A stretch of DNA of 64,000 bases, taken from an uncultured Solirubrobacterales bacterium. Its GTDB lineage: Bacteria > Actinomycetota > Thermoleophilia > Solirubrobacterales > Solirubrobacteraceae. The notes under the pieces are model-generated. The model did no database searches. It was not told the DNA's origin and saw only the letters and a program-made list of their open reading frames with translations. The number at the start of each line of letters is the position of its first letter. Position 1 is the stretch's first letter. The translations under genes were made by a program, and so were the position numbers. Of the stretch, positions 18,242-28,136 are shown in pieces. The stretch lies in NCBI GenBank assembly GCA_963796575.1, contig CAWCMG010000017.1, positions 245,234 through 309,233 of the forward strand, given 5' to 3'.

Positions 18242-19906
18242 CTACCCGGAGCGCAGGCGGGCCATGATCAGCCCCTGGATCTGCCTCGCCTCGGGCACGC
18301 GCATCGTGAGCATGAGCTTCGCGTACAGCACGCACGCGACCGCGGACGCGATCCCGACCGACAGGATCTGCGCCGACAGCGATTCGCCGAGCAGGTGATC
18401 GAGCACGACCCAGATGCCCCGGGCGACTGCGGCCATGATCACGGTCCCCACCAGGATCCGGATCGTGATCATCATCGTCTGCCCGCCCTCCAGATAGCCG
18501 TTGAACCCGATCCGCAACCGCCACAGTTGGAGAATCGTCATGACGATGTTCGCGGCCGCGGTCCCGATCACGAGGCCCGCGATCCCGAGCGGCTTGTACA
18601 GCGCGATGCTGACGATCGCGTCGACGACGATGTTCATCGCGGCCAGCTTGGTCGGGATCCACGGCCGCTTGAGCGCGAAGAACGTGCGGGTCAGAAGCAG
18701 GTTGACGCCGGCGAACGGCAGGCTGAACGAGAACCAGAACAGCGCCGTGGAGACAAGGCTGGTCGAGTGCGGTCCGAACGCGCGATGCTGGTAGATCAGC
18801 CGCGTGATCGGAGTCGCGAGCACGAGCATGAGCGCGGACGACGGGATCAGCAGCAGGTTGATCTGGCGCATGCCGTTCCCGATCGTCTTCCGCATCCCGT
18901 TCGCGTCGCGGCGCGCCGCCATGCGGCTGAGCGTCGGGAACAGCACGGTCGCGACCGCGACGCTGAAGATGCCCTGCGGCAGCATGTAGACCCGGAACGC
19001 GTCGTTGATCGCGGCCGGGGCCGCGCTCGAGACGAGCGAGCCGAAGCCCGCGTTCAGGAAGATGTCGAGGTTGACGATCCCGATGCTGATCGTCACCGGA
19101 ATGAACAGGATCAGCACCTGCTTCACGCGCGGGTCCCGCCAGTCGCAGACGAACGACACCTTGAACTCGATCCTGCGCAGTGCCACGAACACCATCAGGA
19201 ACTGCACGATGGTCGCCACCAGCCACGCGATCGCGTACGCGTAGATCCGGTCGTTGCCGTTGAACCGGTGGTACAGGGTGACGAGCCCGAACAGGATCAC
19301 GAGGTTCCACACCGCGGGCGCGATCGCCGGGATCGTGAACTCGTCGTAGGACTGGAGAATCCCGACGAGCAGCCCGGTGAGGCTCAGCAGCAGCACGACC
19401 GGGAACAGCACGCGCGAGAGCCCCGCGGTCAGCCCGTTCGGGATGTGACTGCCGGTGAACGCCGGCACGACCAGTCCGGCGACCAGCGTCCACAGCACGG
19501 TCAGCGCGCCGAGCGCGATCAGGATCACCCAGAACAGCGTCGAGGCGACGCGGAACGCCTCGCGCTTGCGGCCCTTGCTGAGCAGCTCGGTGAAAACCGG
19601 CACGAACGCGGCCGACAGCGCCGCCTGCGAGAACAGGTTGCTGAACAGGTTCGGGACCTGCGATGCGAGCGTGAACGCCGACGCCGCGGCCGAGGTGGCG
19701 AAGTACGCGGCCTGGACGACCTCGCGCCCGAGTCCGGCGATTCGCGAGAGCGCGGTGGCGAACGCGAAGATCGCCGTGTTGACAGCGATGCGCCGGCGTG
19801 GCGGGTTGGTTGCGCCGGGTCCCTGGGGAGGTGCGCCGGGTCCCTCGGAAGGTGTCGGCGGGACGCCGTTGCCCGACGTCCCCGGTTTGGTGTCGATCTG
19901 GGCCAG
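18242..19906 (-). CDS. murJ: Lipid II flippase MurJ (MviN); start codon unresolved
   Basis: The track ORF starts at GTG 19603 (VPVFTELL). The same frame is open up to TAG 19915-19913 and encodes the conserved MurJ N-terminus (RRIAVNTAIFAFATALSRIAGLGREVVQAAYFATSAAASAFTLASQVPNLFSNLFSQAALSAAF). The only plausible starts upstream of it are CTG 19906 or ATC 19897. Confidence 0.85.
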   Translation of the reverse strand: MAQIDTKPGTSGNGVPPTPSEGPGAPPQGPGATNPPRRRIAVNTAIFAFATALSRIAGLGREVVQAAYFATSAAASAFTLASQVPNLFSNLFSQAALSAAFVPVFTELLSKGRKREAFRVASTLFWVILIALGALTVLWTLVAGLVVPAFTGSHIPNGLTAGLSRVLFPVVLLLSLTGLLVGILQSYDEFTIPAIAPAVWNLVILFGLVTLYHRFNGNDRIYAYAIAWLVATIVQFLMVFVALRRIEFKVSFVCDWRDPRVKQVLILFIPVTISIGIVNLDIFLNAGFGSLVSSAAPAAINDAFRVYMLPQGIFSVAVATVLFPTLSRMAARRDANGMRKTIGNGMRQINLLLIPSSALMLVLATPITRLIYQHRAFGPHSTSLVSTALFWFSFSLPFAGVNLLLTRTFFALKRPWIPTKLAAMNIVVDAIVSIALYKPLGIAGLVIGTAAANIVMTILQLWRLRIGFNGYLEGGQTMMITIRILVGTVIMAAVARGIWVVLDHLLGESLSAQILSVGIASAVACVLYAKLMLTMRVPEARQIQGLIMARLRSG

Positions 19907-19913
19907 GGCTGGC

Positions 19914-19920
19914 TATAGTA
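19914..19920. promoter_or_regulatory. Shared AT island with back-to-back -10-like hexamers (TATAGT for rpsT, TACTAT for murJ)
   Basis: The plus strand reads GGC-TATAGT-A (19914-19919). The minus strand reads TACTAT (19920-19915), 8 nt upstream of CTG 19906. Confidence 0.3.
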
Positions 19921-20033
19921 GGGCGCGCCGCGGCGAGCGCCGCGCCCTAAGGGGCCCGGTCAGGCGCCGCCGACCGTCCCCGGCTAAGGCGCCGCCGCAA
20001 GGCGCCGCCGACCTTTCCCAAGTCTCTCTGCTT

Positions 20034-20291
20034 ATGGCGAACATCAAGTCACAGAAGAAGCGGATCCTGCGCGCCGAGCGCGAGCGCCTCGAGAACCGCC
20101 GCTACACGTCGAAGATCAAGACCTTCTTCCGCCGGCTCGAAACGGCCGTGGCGACCGGCGAGGGCAGCCAGGCGGACGCCGAGCATCGCGAACTCGTCCA
20201 GGCGATCGACAAGGCCGTCAAGCGCGGCGCTCTGCACCGCAACGCCGGCGCGCGCAAGAAGTCGCGCGCGGCGCGCGTGCGGCGCGGCTAA
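20034..20291 (+). CDS. rpsT: 30S ribosomal protein S20
   Basis: 85 aa: MANIKSQKKRILRAERERLENRRYTSKIKTFFRRLE...ALHRNAGARKKSRAARV. It is embedded in the longer track ORF 19455..20291. Confidence 0.95.
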   Translation: MANIKSQKKRILRAERERLENRRYTSKIKTFFRRLETAVATGEGSQADAEHRELVQAIDKAVKRGALHRNAGARKKSRAARVRRG

Positions 20292-20394
20292 GCGCCGTTC
20301 TGGGGTTCGACCGTCCGGCCGGGCCCGTTAGGACCCTGCAAAGCTGGTTGCGGGCACGCCCCTTTTCCCCGGATCCGGGTACCTTTGGGGCTCC

Positions 20395-21618
20395 ATGGCA
20401 GAGGTAGTCGAGCCGGCAACCACCGGAACGAACGGCGTCGGCTTCGAACTCGATCGGTTCGAGATGGCGGACGGAGATCGGTTCGAGGTGAACGGCCGCT
20501 GGTTTGGCGTGCGCGGACGGAGGTTCATCCGCCCGAGCCTGACGCTGGTCGCCGACGAGGAGCAGCGGCGCCTGCTGGCCGACCTCGAGCACAAGCCGTG
20601 GGCGGCCGAGGACGGCCAGCCGTGGGAGGCCACGTTCCCCTATGACGATGACGACGCCGGCTGGGTCGAGGCGGAGCTGAACGTCGCCCCCGACATCACG
20701 ATCACGCTTCCGCTTCCGGGTGCCAAGCGGCCGCGGGCACGCCGGCGCGGGTCCGCGCCGGCGCCGAGCGCCGCCGGTGCGTCCGGCGCCACCTCCCGTC
20801 CCTCCGGGGCCGGCACTTCCCGGCGCGGCGATCCTGACTCCGAGCCGGCCACCCCTCCGAGGCGCCCCCGGGCCCCGTCGCCGGAGCTCGTCAAGGCCCG
20901 CCGCGAGGCCCATCGGGCGCAGCGTGACCTCGAGCAGAAGGAAGCCGAGATCGCCGAGCTGTCGGCCGAGCTCGAGCGGCGTGGCGCCAAGCTCGAGGAG
21001 GTGTCGGGCGCGCGCGACGCCGCCCGTTCGGCCCGTGAGCAAGCCGCCGAGGAGCAGGAGCGACTCGTCCGCGCCCGCGGCGAGGCCCTGCGGCTGCGCG
21101 ACGAGGCGCTCACTGAACGGGACGCGATCGCACGCGAGCGCGAGGACGCTGTACGGCTGCGCGACGCGGCGCTGGCGGCCCGCGACGAGGCGCTCGCCGA
21201 ACGACGGACCGCGATCGACGAGCGTGACGGAGTCGCGGCGCGGCTCGATGCCGCGCTGGCCGCGCGCGACGCGGCGCTGTCCGAACGCGACGAGGCGCTT
21301 GCCGCGCGCGATCAGGTGGCGGCGGAGCGTGACGCCCTGCTCGGCGATCGCGACGACGCGGTCCGTCTCCGCGACGGGGCCGTCGCCGCGAGCGAGAAGA
21401 CCGCCGCCGAGCGCGAGGCGCTGACGACGACGCTCGAACAGCTGCGGGCCGAGCGAGACGACGCGGTCGCCTCGCGGGGCGCCGCGATGGTCATGCGCAA
21501 CGCGGCCAACGCCCCGCCGAGCTACAAGCGCGAGTCGAACCCGATCCTGCATTTCCTGCCGGCGCTACTCGTGATCTTGGTCGCGATCGTCGTGGCGGTC
21601 GCGCTGCATATCGTCTAG
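20395..21618 (+). CDS. Hypothetical tail-anchored coiled-coil protein with an RDxA[LIV]xx heptad array
   Basis: 407 aa. It has a ~110-aa N-terminal domain of unknown family, a Pro/Arg/Ser-rich linker, 23 uninterrupted heptads (residues 207-367), and a C-terminal TM helix (HFLPALLVILVAIVVAVALHIV). GC3 is high. Confidence 0.7.
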   Translation: MAEVVEPATTGTNGVGFELDRFEMADGDRFEVNGRWFGVRGRRFIRPSLTLVADEEQRRLLADLEHKPWAAEDGQPWEATFPYDDDDAGWVEAELNVAPDITITLPLPGAKRPRARRRGSAPAPSAAGASGATSRPSGAGTSRRGDPDSEPATPPRRPRAPSPELVKARREAHRAQRDLEQKEAEIAELSAELERRGAKLEEVSGARDAARSAREQAAEEQERLVRARGEALRLRDEALTERDAIAREREDAVRLRDAALAARDEALAERRTAIDERDGVAARLDAALAARDAALSERDEALAARDQVAAERDALLGDRDDAVRLRDGAVAASEKTAAEREALTTTLEQLRAERDDAVASRGAAMVMRNAANAPPSYKRESNPILHFLPALLVILVAIVVAVALHIV

Positions 21619-22589
21619 CCGGCGACGCGCTGGATCGCGAGCAGCGCGGCCGTGTCCTCACCGGCGATGCCGTTCCCGCCGCCGCGCGAGGACAGCTCGA
21701 GCTCGGCCAGCTCCTCGATCGTACGCTCGAGGTTCGCGGCGCCGGCCCGCCGGGCGTCGGCGATCAGCCGGTCGGCGGCGCGCGAGGGCATCCTCAGCCG
21801 CCGCTTGACCTGCGCGTCGGACTCGCCGGCCTCGAGCGCGATCGCCACCTCGTGGGCGGTTCGGACGCGGTTGCTCATCCAGTAGAGGAGGCCCGGCAAC
21901 CGCTCGCCTTGGCTGCGCAGCGTCAGGTACAGCCTCGTAGCCGCGGCCGCGTCTCCGCTCAGGAGCGCGTCGGCGAGCGACCAGGCCTTGTGCTCGGCCG
22001 AGGGAGCGGTCAGCTCATCGACGGTCGCGGCGTCGAGGCGCGCGCCCGGGCCCGCGTACATGGCGAGCTTCTCGAGCTCGCGGAGCAGCCGCTGCTGGCG
22101 ATCGCCGGCGTGGGCGATGAGCGCGCGGGCCGTGTCGGGCTCGAGCTGGACCCCGAGCTCCTTGGCGCGGGCGATCACCCATTTCGGCAGCTCCCACGGC
22201 TTGACGCTCTCCTCGGCGCTGATGTCGCCTCCCGCCTTGCGCACCGCCTCGTGGAGGCGCTTCGGGGCCTTCGTGCGGCTGTCCTCGCGCGCGAAGAACG
22301 CGACGGTCGTGTCGTCCGGACTCGATTTGAGCGCGGCCTCGAGCGGATCGAACTGCTTGTCGGTCCACCGCTCGGTGCCGTCGACGACGATGAACCTGCG
22401 CCCGATGGCGAAGGTCAGGGCGTTCAGGGCGTTCGCGACGGCCTCGGGGGTCGCGGCATCTCCCTCGAACACCTCGATCCCCTGGGTGCCGCTCTCCTGC
22501 TCGGCAAGCGAGCGCAGCCGGCGGCGACGTTCGGCGATCCGGCCGTGGTCGTCACCGTGGATGAGGTATGCGGGCTTGAACGTGGGCAT
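21615..22589 (-). CDS. holA: DNA polymerase III subunit delta
   Basis: 324 aa. The N-terminus (KPAYLIHGDDHGRI), the length and the rpsT-adjacent context are typical of holA. Confidence 0.82.
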   Translation of the reverse strand: MPTFKPAYLIHGDDHGRIAERRRRLRSLAEQESGTQGIEVFEGDAATPEAVANALNALTFAIGRRFIVVDGTERWTDKQFDPLEAALKSSPDDTTVAFFAREDSRTKAPKRLHEAVRKAGGDISAEESVKPWELPKWVIARAKELGVQLEPDTARALIAHAGDRQQRLLRELEKLAMYAGPGARLDAATVDELTAPSAEHKAWSLADALLSGDAAAATRLYLTLRSQGERLPGLLYWMSNRVRTAHEVAIALEAGESDAQVKRRLRMPSRAADRLIADARRAGAANLERTIEELAELELSSRGGGNGIAGEDTAALLAIQRVAG

Positions 22590-22610
22590 CGGTCGTCTCG
22601 GTCTCCGAGT

Positions 22611-23081
22611 CTATGAGTCACCCCGGCCGGCGGACCGTCGGAGGGCGCGGCTCACCGCCTCGGTGGCGGACTGAACGAGTTCGACGCCCTCGATCTCCCA
22701 GGTGTTCAGCCCGATCACCGGAACGCCCGCTCGGAGCGCGAGCGCTATCTCGGACAGGGTCCCGTACGCCCCACCGACCGCGATCACCGCGTCGGCCGCT
22801 CTGATGACCAGGCCGTTTCGGAGCTCTCCGAGACCGGTCGGCAGCGCGATCTGCACCCACTCGTTGGCGCTGTCGCGATCGGTTCCCGGCAGTAGCCCGA
22901 CGGTGGTGCCGGCCGTGGCACTCGCGCCGTGGCATGCGGCATCCATGACGCCGCCGAGGCCCCCGCAGACCAGGATCGCGCCGCCGTCAGCGAGCCCGCG
23001 GCCGATCGCCTCGGCGTCACGCGTCTCCTGAGACGTCGCGTCGCTCGGACCTATGACCGCCACATACGGCCGGTGCGCCAC
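22611..23081 (-). CDS. TIGR00725/LOG-like (SLOG fold) Rossmann protein
   Basis: VAVIGPSD...ILVCGGLGGVMDAACHGA...AVIAVGGAYGTLSEIALAL. Start trimmed to GTG 23081, 5 nt after the leuS stop. The rest of track ORF 22611..23687 overlaps leuS. Confidence 0.72.
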   Translation of the reverse strand: MAHRPYVAVIGPSDATSQETRDAEAIGRGLADGGAILVCGGLGGVMDAACHGASATAGTTVGLLPGTDRDSANEWVQIALPTGLGELRNGLVIRAADAVIAVGGAYGTLSEIALALRAGVPVIGLNTWEIEGVELVQSATEAVSRALRRSAGRGDS

Positions 23082-23086
23082 CGCCG

Positions 23087-25618
<2,532 letters not shown>

Positions 25619-25817
25619 AGTAGTTAGGAGGTTACTTGCGAGTGCGCGTTCTGACCTTCCCGGCGCGTCCTGCGCCGGCAACGCCTCCGGGCGGTCATGT
25701 CTTGGCGACCGCTGGACGCCGTCCCATGTCGGCGGCAACCCCCGGGGCTGCGTCCGCCGGCAACTCCTTCGGGCCGTCCTGTGCAGGGGATTCGCCGGGT
25801 CGCTCTACCATCCGGGC

Positions 25818-26525
25818 GTGGCTGAGAACGCCGGATCCGGCTCAGGCGGACGTTCCCATACGAGCGCTGCCCTGGCGGCCGAGCGCGTCGCGGCGATCAT
25901 CGCCGCGGCGGAGGAGACGGCTGAGCGGATGCGACTCGAGACCGAGGAGCGCGCCAGCGACCGGATCGCCGAGGCGCAGCGCGCCGCCGACAACCGGGTC
26001 CGGGCGGCCGAGGAGGAGGCGGCCGAGGCAATCAGCCTCGCCCAGGCGGAGGCGACCCGTTTGCGCACCGAGGGGAAGGCGGAGGCGGAGGCGGCCACGA
26101 CCGCCGCCACCAACGACGCGCTCGCGATCGTCGCGCGCGCCGAGGAGAGCGCCGCGCAGATCGTCGCCGAGGCGCACGAGTCCGCCGCGACCGTGCGATC
26201 GGAGGCGGACGAGCGGGCACGCGGTCTGCTCGAGGACGCTCGCGCCACCGCCGACGGCGTGCGGTCGGAGGGTCTCGAGGTCGTGTCGAACCTCCGCGAG
26301 ATGAGCAACTCGCTGCGGGCCAACGCCGAGCGCCTGCTCGGCGACGTCCAGCGCGTCCACTCGTCGCTCGTGGCGCAGATTGCGCGCGTCGAGCGCGCCA
26401 CCGGGGTCGCGAGCGGATCCGGATCGAGCTCGTCGAGGCGCCGTGCGCTCCCGAGCGATGTCGCCACCGACAACTCCTCATCGACCGACGACCTCGACGT
26501 GCCGGAGTTCATCCCGCCGAGCTGA
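25818..26525 (+). CDS. Hypothetical Ala/Glu/Arg-rich coiled-coil protein with an acidic C-terminal DDLDVPEFIPPS peptide
   Basis: 235 aa. It has long helical repeats (AEEEAAEAISLAQAEATRLRTEGKAEAEAA...), a Ser/Gly linker, then a conserved-looking tail. GC3 is high. The GTG start is weakly supported. Confidence 0.6.
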   Translation: MAENAGSGSGGRSHTSAALAAERVAAIIAAAEETAERMRLETEERASDRIAEAQRAADNRVRAAEEEAAEAISLAQAEATRLRTEGKAEAEAATTAATNDALAIVARAEESAAQIVAEAHESAATVRSEADERARGLLEDARATADGVRSEGLEVVSNLREMSNSLRANAERLLGDVQRVHSSLVAQIARVERATGVASGSGSSSSRRRALPSDVATDNSSSTDDLDVPEFIPPS

Positions 26526-26598
26526 GCGTCTCGCCACCGACAACTCCTGGTCAAGCGACGACCCCGACGTGCCAGAGTCCATCCCGCCGAGCTGAGCG
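26461..26598 (+). repeat. 70-bp-period tandem duplication of the 3' end (tail motif plus stop codon) of the preceding gene
   Basis: TCGCCACCGACAACTCC...ATCCCGCCGAGCTGAGCG appears at 26461-26528 and again at 26531-26598 at roughly 85-90 percent identity. The second copy encodes ATDNSWSSDDPDVPESIPPS in a different frame. Confidence 0.85.
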
Positions 26599-26613
26599 CC
26601 GGCGCGCGTTTTT
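26596..26613 (+). terminator. Weak intrinsic-terminator candidate
   Basis: A GCGC-CGGC-GCGC stem-loop is followed by GTTTTT. The stem is only 4 bp. Confidence 0.25.
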
Positions 26614-26654
26614 CCTGCAATCATCAGTTTTCCGTCCGAGCCATATGCGAACAT

Positions 26655-27074
26655 ATGTTCGTGATGAACTCGAACGTAAAGGGAGCCGTCGCCGAGCAGG
26701 CGATCGTCCTAGCGGCGATGAAGGCAGGGATTCCGGTTCTCCGACCGGTCGCCGAACATGGACGTGCCGACCTCGCGCTGGAGATCGGTGGCGACCTGTT
26801 CCGTGTTCAAGTGAAGTGGGGACGGCTGAGCCCGGCACGAGACATCGTGGTTGTTCGGATCGGCACCTGTCGGTGCACGCCTCGCGGGTACGTTCGCCGC
26901 ACCTACAGCGAACACGAGCTCGACCTGTTCGCGGTCTATTGCGGAGAGCTCGATCGCTGCTTCCTATTGCCGGCGCACCTGCTGGCGCACAAGACCTACG
27001 TCTCCCTCCGCCTCACTGCTCCGCGTAACGGTCAGCGGTCTTGTATTAACCTTGCAAACGACTTCGCATTCGAC
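26655..27074 (+). CDS. PD-(D/E)XK endonuclease-like protein (PDDEXK_5, group-I-intron-associated type); no stop codon of its own
   Basis: KGAVAEQAIVLAAMKAGIPVLRPVAEHGRADLALEIGGDLFRVQVKWG...LRLTAPRNGQRSCINLANDFAFD resembles this family end to end. GC is visibly lower than in neighbouring genes. The reading frame runs straight into the tRNA gene at 27075, and the track ORF continues to 27371. Confidence 0.55.
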
Positions 27075-27148
27075 GGGGCTGTAGCTCAGTTGGCCAGAGC
27101 GCGTGACTGGCAGTCACGAGGCCGGGGGTTCGAGTCCCCCCAGCTCCA
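27075..27148 (+). tRNA. tRNA-Ala (anticodon GGC)
   Basis: It folds by hand into a cloverleaf. Acceptor GGGGCTG/CAGCTCC with the G3:U70 alanine identity pair. D arm GCTC-AGTTGGCCA-GAGC. Anticodon arm CGTGA-CTGGCAG-TCACG (U33-GGC-A37). Variable loop AGGCC. T arm GGGGG-TTCGAGT-CCCCC. Discriminator A. CCA is not encoded. Confidence 0.93.
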
Positions 27149-27170
27149 TCCGAACTCAAGAAACGCGGCG

Positions 27171-27371
27171 CTGACGATTGGCGCGGACTCCTGCCGCGTG
27201 TCGTTCGGGTACTGGCTTGACCGGGTTGCCGCCGGGGAGGACGCGGTGGTCACCCGGCGCGGGAAGCCGATGATCAGGTTGACCGCGGTCGCGCCGGCAT
27301 CTGCGCCGCCGTCCGTCAAGCCCGCGGTCCCGCCTCTCCTTCCTCCCCTCACTGCGACGGGATCCGCATGA
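27171..27371 (+). pseudogene. Phd/YefM-type antitoxin remnant (no canonical start, no cognate toxin, aberrant C-terminus)
   Basis: LTIGADSCRVSFGYWLDRVAAGEDAVVTRRGKPMIRLTAV aligns with the antitoxin consensus xTVSxxEAKxxLSELLDRVxxGEEVVITRRGKPVARLVP. The expected Met position is CTG 27171, and the first canonical start (GTG 27198) truncates the fold. The tail is Pro-rich and atypical. Confidence 0.45.
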
Positions 27372-27388
27372 GATTCGGAATGGCTGGT

Positions 27389-27485
27389 GCGCCGCGGACT
27401 CGCACCGCTGTGCGGACTCGCGCTGGGCGCACTCGCGCCGCTGTGCGGACTCGCGCTGCTGCGCGCACTCGCGCCGCCGTGCGAA
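27389..27485. repeat. 33-bp-period tandem repeat (about 2.7 units, built from 16-17-nt half units GCG[GC]ACTCGC[GA]C(C)GCTG)
   Basis: CCGCTGTGCGGACTCGCGCTG recurs at 27405 and 27438. The repeat lies immediately after the TAG stop (27486-27488) of the minus-strand gene, outside any supported CDS. Confidence 0.75.
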
Positions 27486-28124
27486 CTAGGCGCCGCGATC
27501 CTGCTTCGCGGCCTCGAGCGCCGCCGGCGGGTCCATGCCGCCGCTCTGGCGGGTGAGCTCGAGTGCACGATCGGCCAGCTCGGCCGCCTCGGCGCCACCG
27601 AGCGACTCGTCGCGGAGCGCGAGCGCCAGTAACACCTGACGCAGCAGCTCGGGGCTCTGGAGGTCCGGAGGCGGTCCGGCGGGTGGGAGGCCGCGCACGG
27701 TCGCGAGCAGGCTCGCCGCGTTCGCCCCGCCACCAAATAGGCGCCCGGGCTGCTTGTCGGGAATCATGGCGACGATCGCACCGGTGGCCGGGTTGACCAG
27801 GTTCACCTTGCTGCGGAGGCCGGCGCGCTCGAGCGCCAGCCGGTAACCCGAGAGCCGCAGGTAACCGAGCTGCGCCGCGAGCTGGGTGAACGCGGACGCC
27901 TCGCGCTCGTCCTTCAGCCGCGGCTGGTGCAGCGAGATCTGGGTGCCCGCGTCCGGTAGGGACGGATCCGGCTCGGGCGCGACCAGCAGGAACGCGTGCG
28001 ACCCGAGCCGGCCCGCGCCGACTCCGCCGATGTCGACGAGCAGCTGATAGCCGCCGAGCCCGAGGGCGCCGACGATCCCCGGCGGGAGCGGATGCTCCGA
28101 GAGATGCCCCGGTCCGAAGCTCAC
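27486..28124 (-). CDS. Hypothetical protein (212 aa), second gene of the AIM24-like operon
   Basis: Balanced amino-acid composition and very high GC3. GTG start 12 nt after the AIM24-like stop. I recognise no family. Confidence 0.6.
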   Translation of the reverse strand: MSFGPGHLSEHPLPPGIVGALGLGGYQLLVDIGGVGAGRLGSHAFLLVAPEPDPSLPDAGTQISLHQPRLKDEREASAFTQLAAQLGYLRLSGYRLALERAGLRSKVNLVNPATGAIVAMIPDKQPGRLFGGGANAASLLATVRGLPPAGPPPDLQSPELLRQVLLALALRDESLGGAEAAELADRALELTRQSGGMDPPAALEAAKQDRGA

Positions 28125-28136
28125 GGTCGTGTCCGC

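Noticed and set aside
18068-19918. A 616-aa plus-strand ORF and the overlapping minus-strand ORF 18174..19493.
   Set aside because: They are, respectively, antisense to and out of frame with murJ. Both are extreme in Arg/Asp/His/Pro content.
25619-25817. A possible T-box or other riboswitch leader upstream of leuS. It has a 200-nt spacer with a CCGGCGC-GTCCT-GCGCCGG hairpin, three GTTGCCGSCG copies, and a GGAGG/CCTCC pair.
   Set aside because: I could find no T-box consensus (AGGGTGGNACCGCG) or specifier-loop architecture by eye. The leuS start is also ambiguous (25618, 25681 or 25738), so part of this spacer may be coding. An Rfam scan would be needed.
26655-27371. The single 238-aa ORF as given in the track.
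   Set aside because: It reads straight through a canonical tRNA-Ala gene (27075-27148). I split it into an endonuclease-like CDS, the tRNA and an antitoxin remnant.
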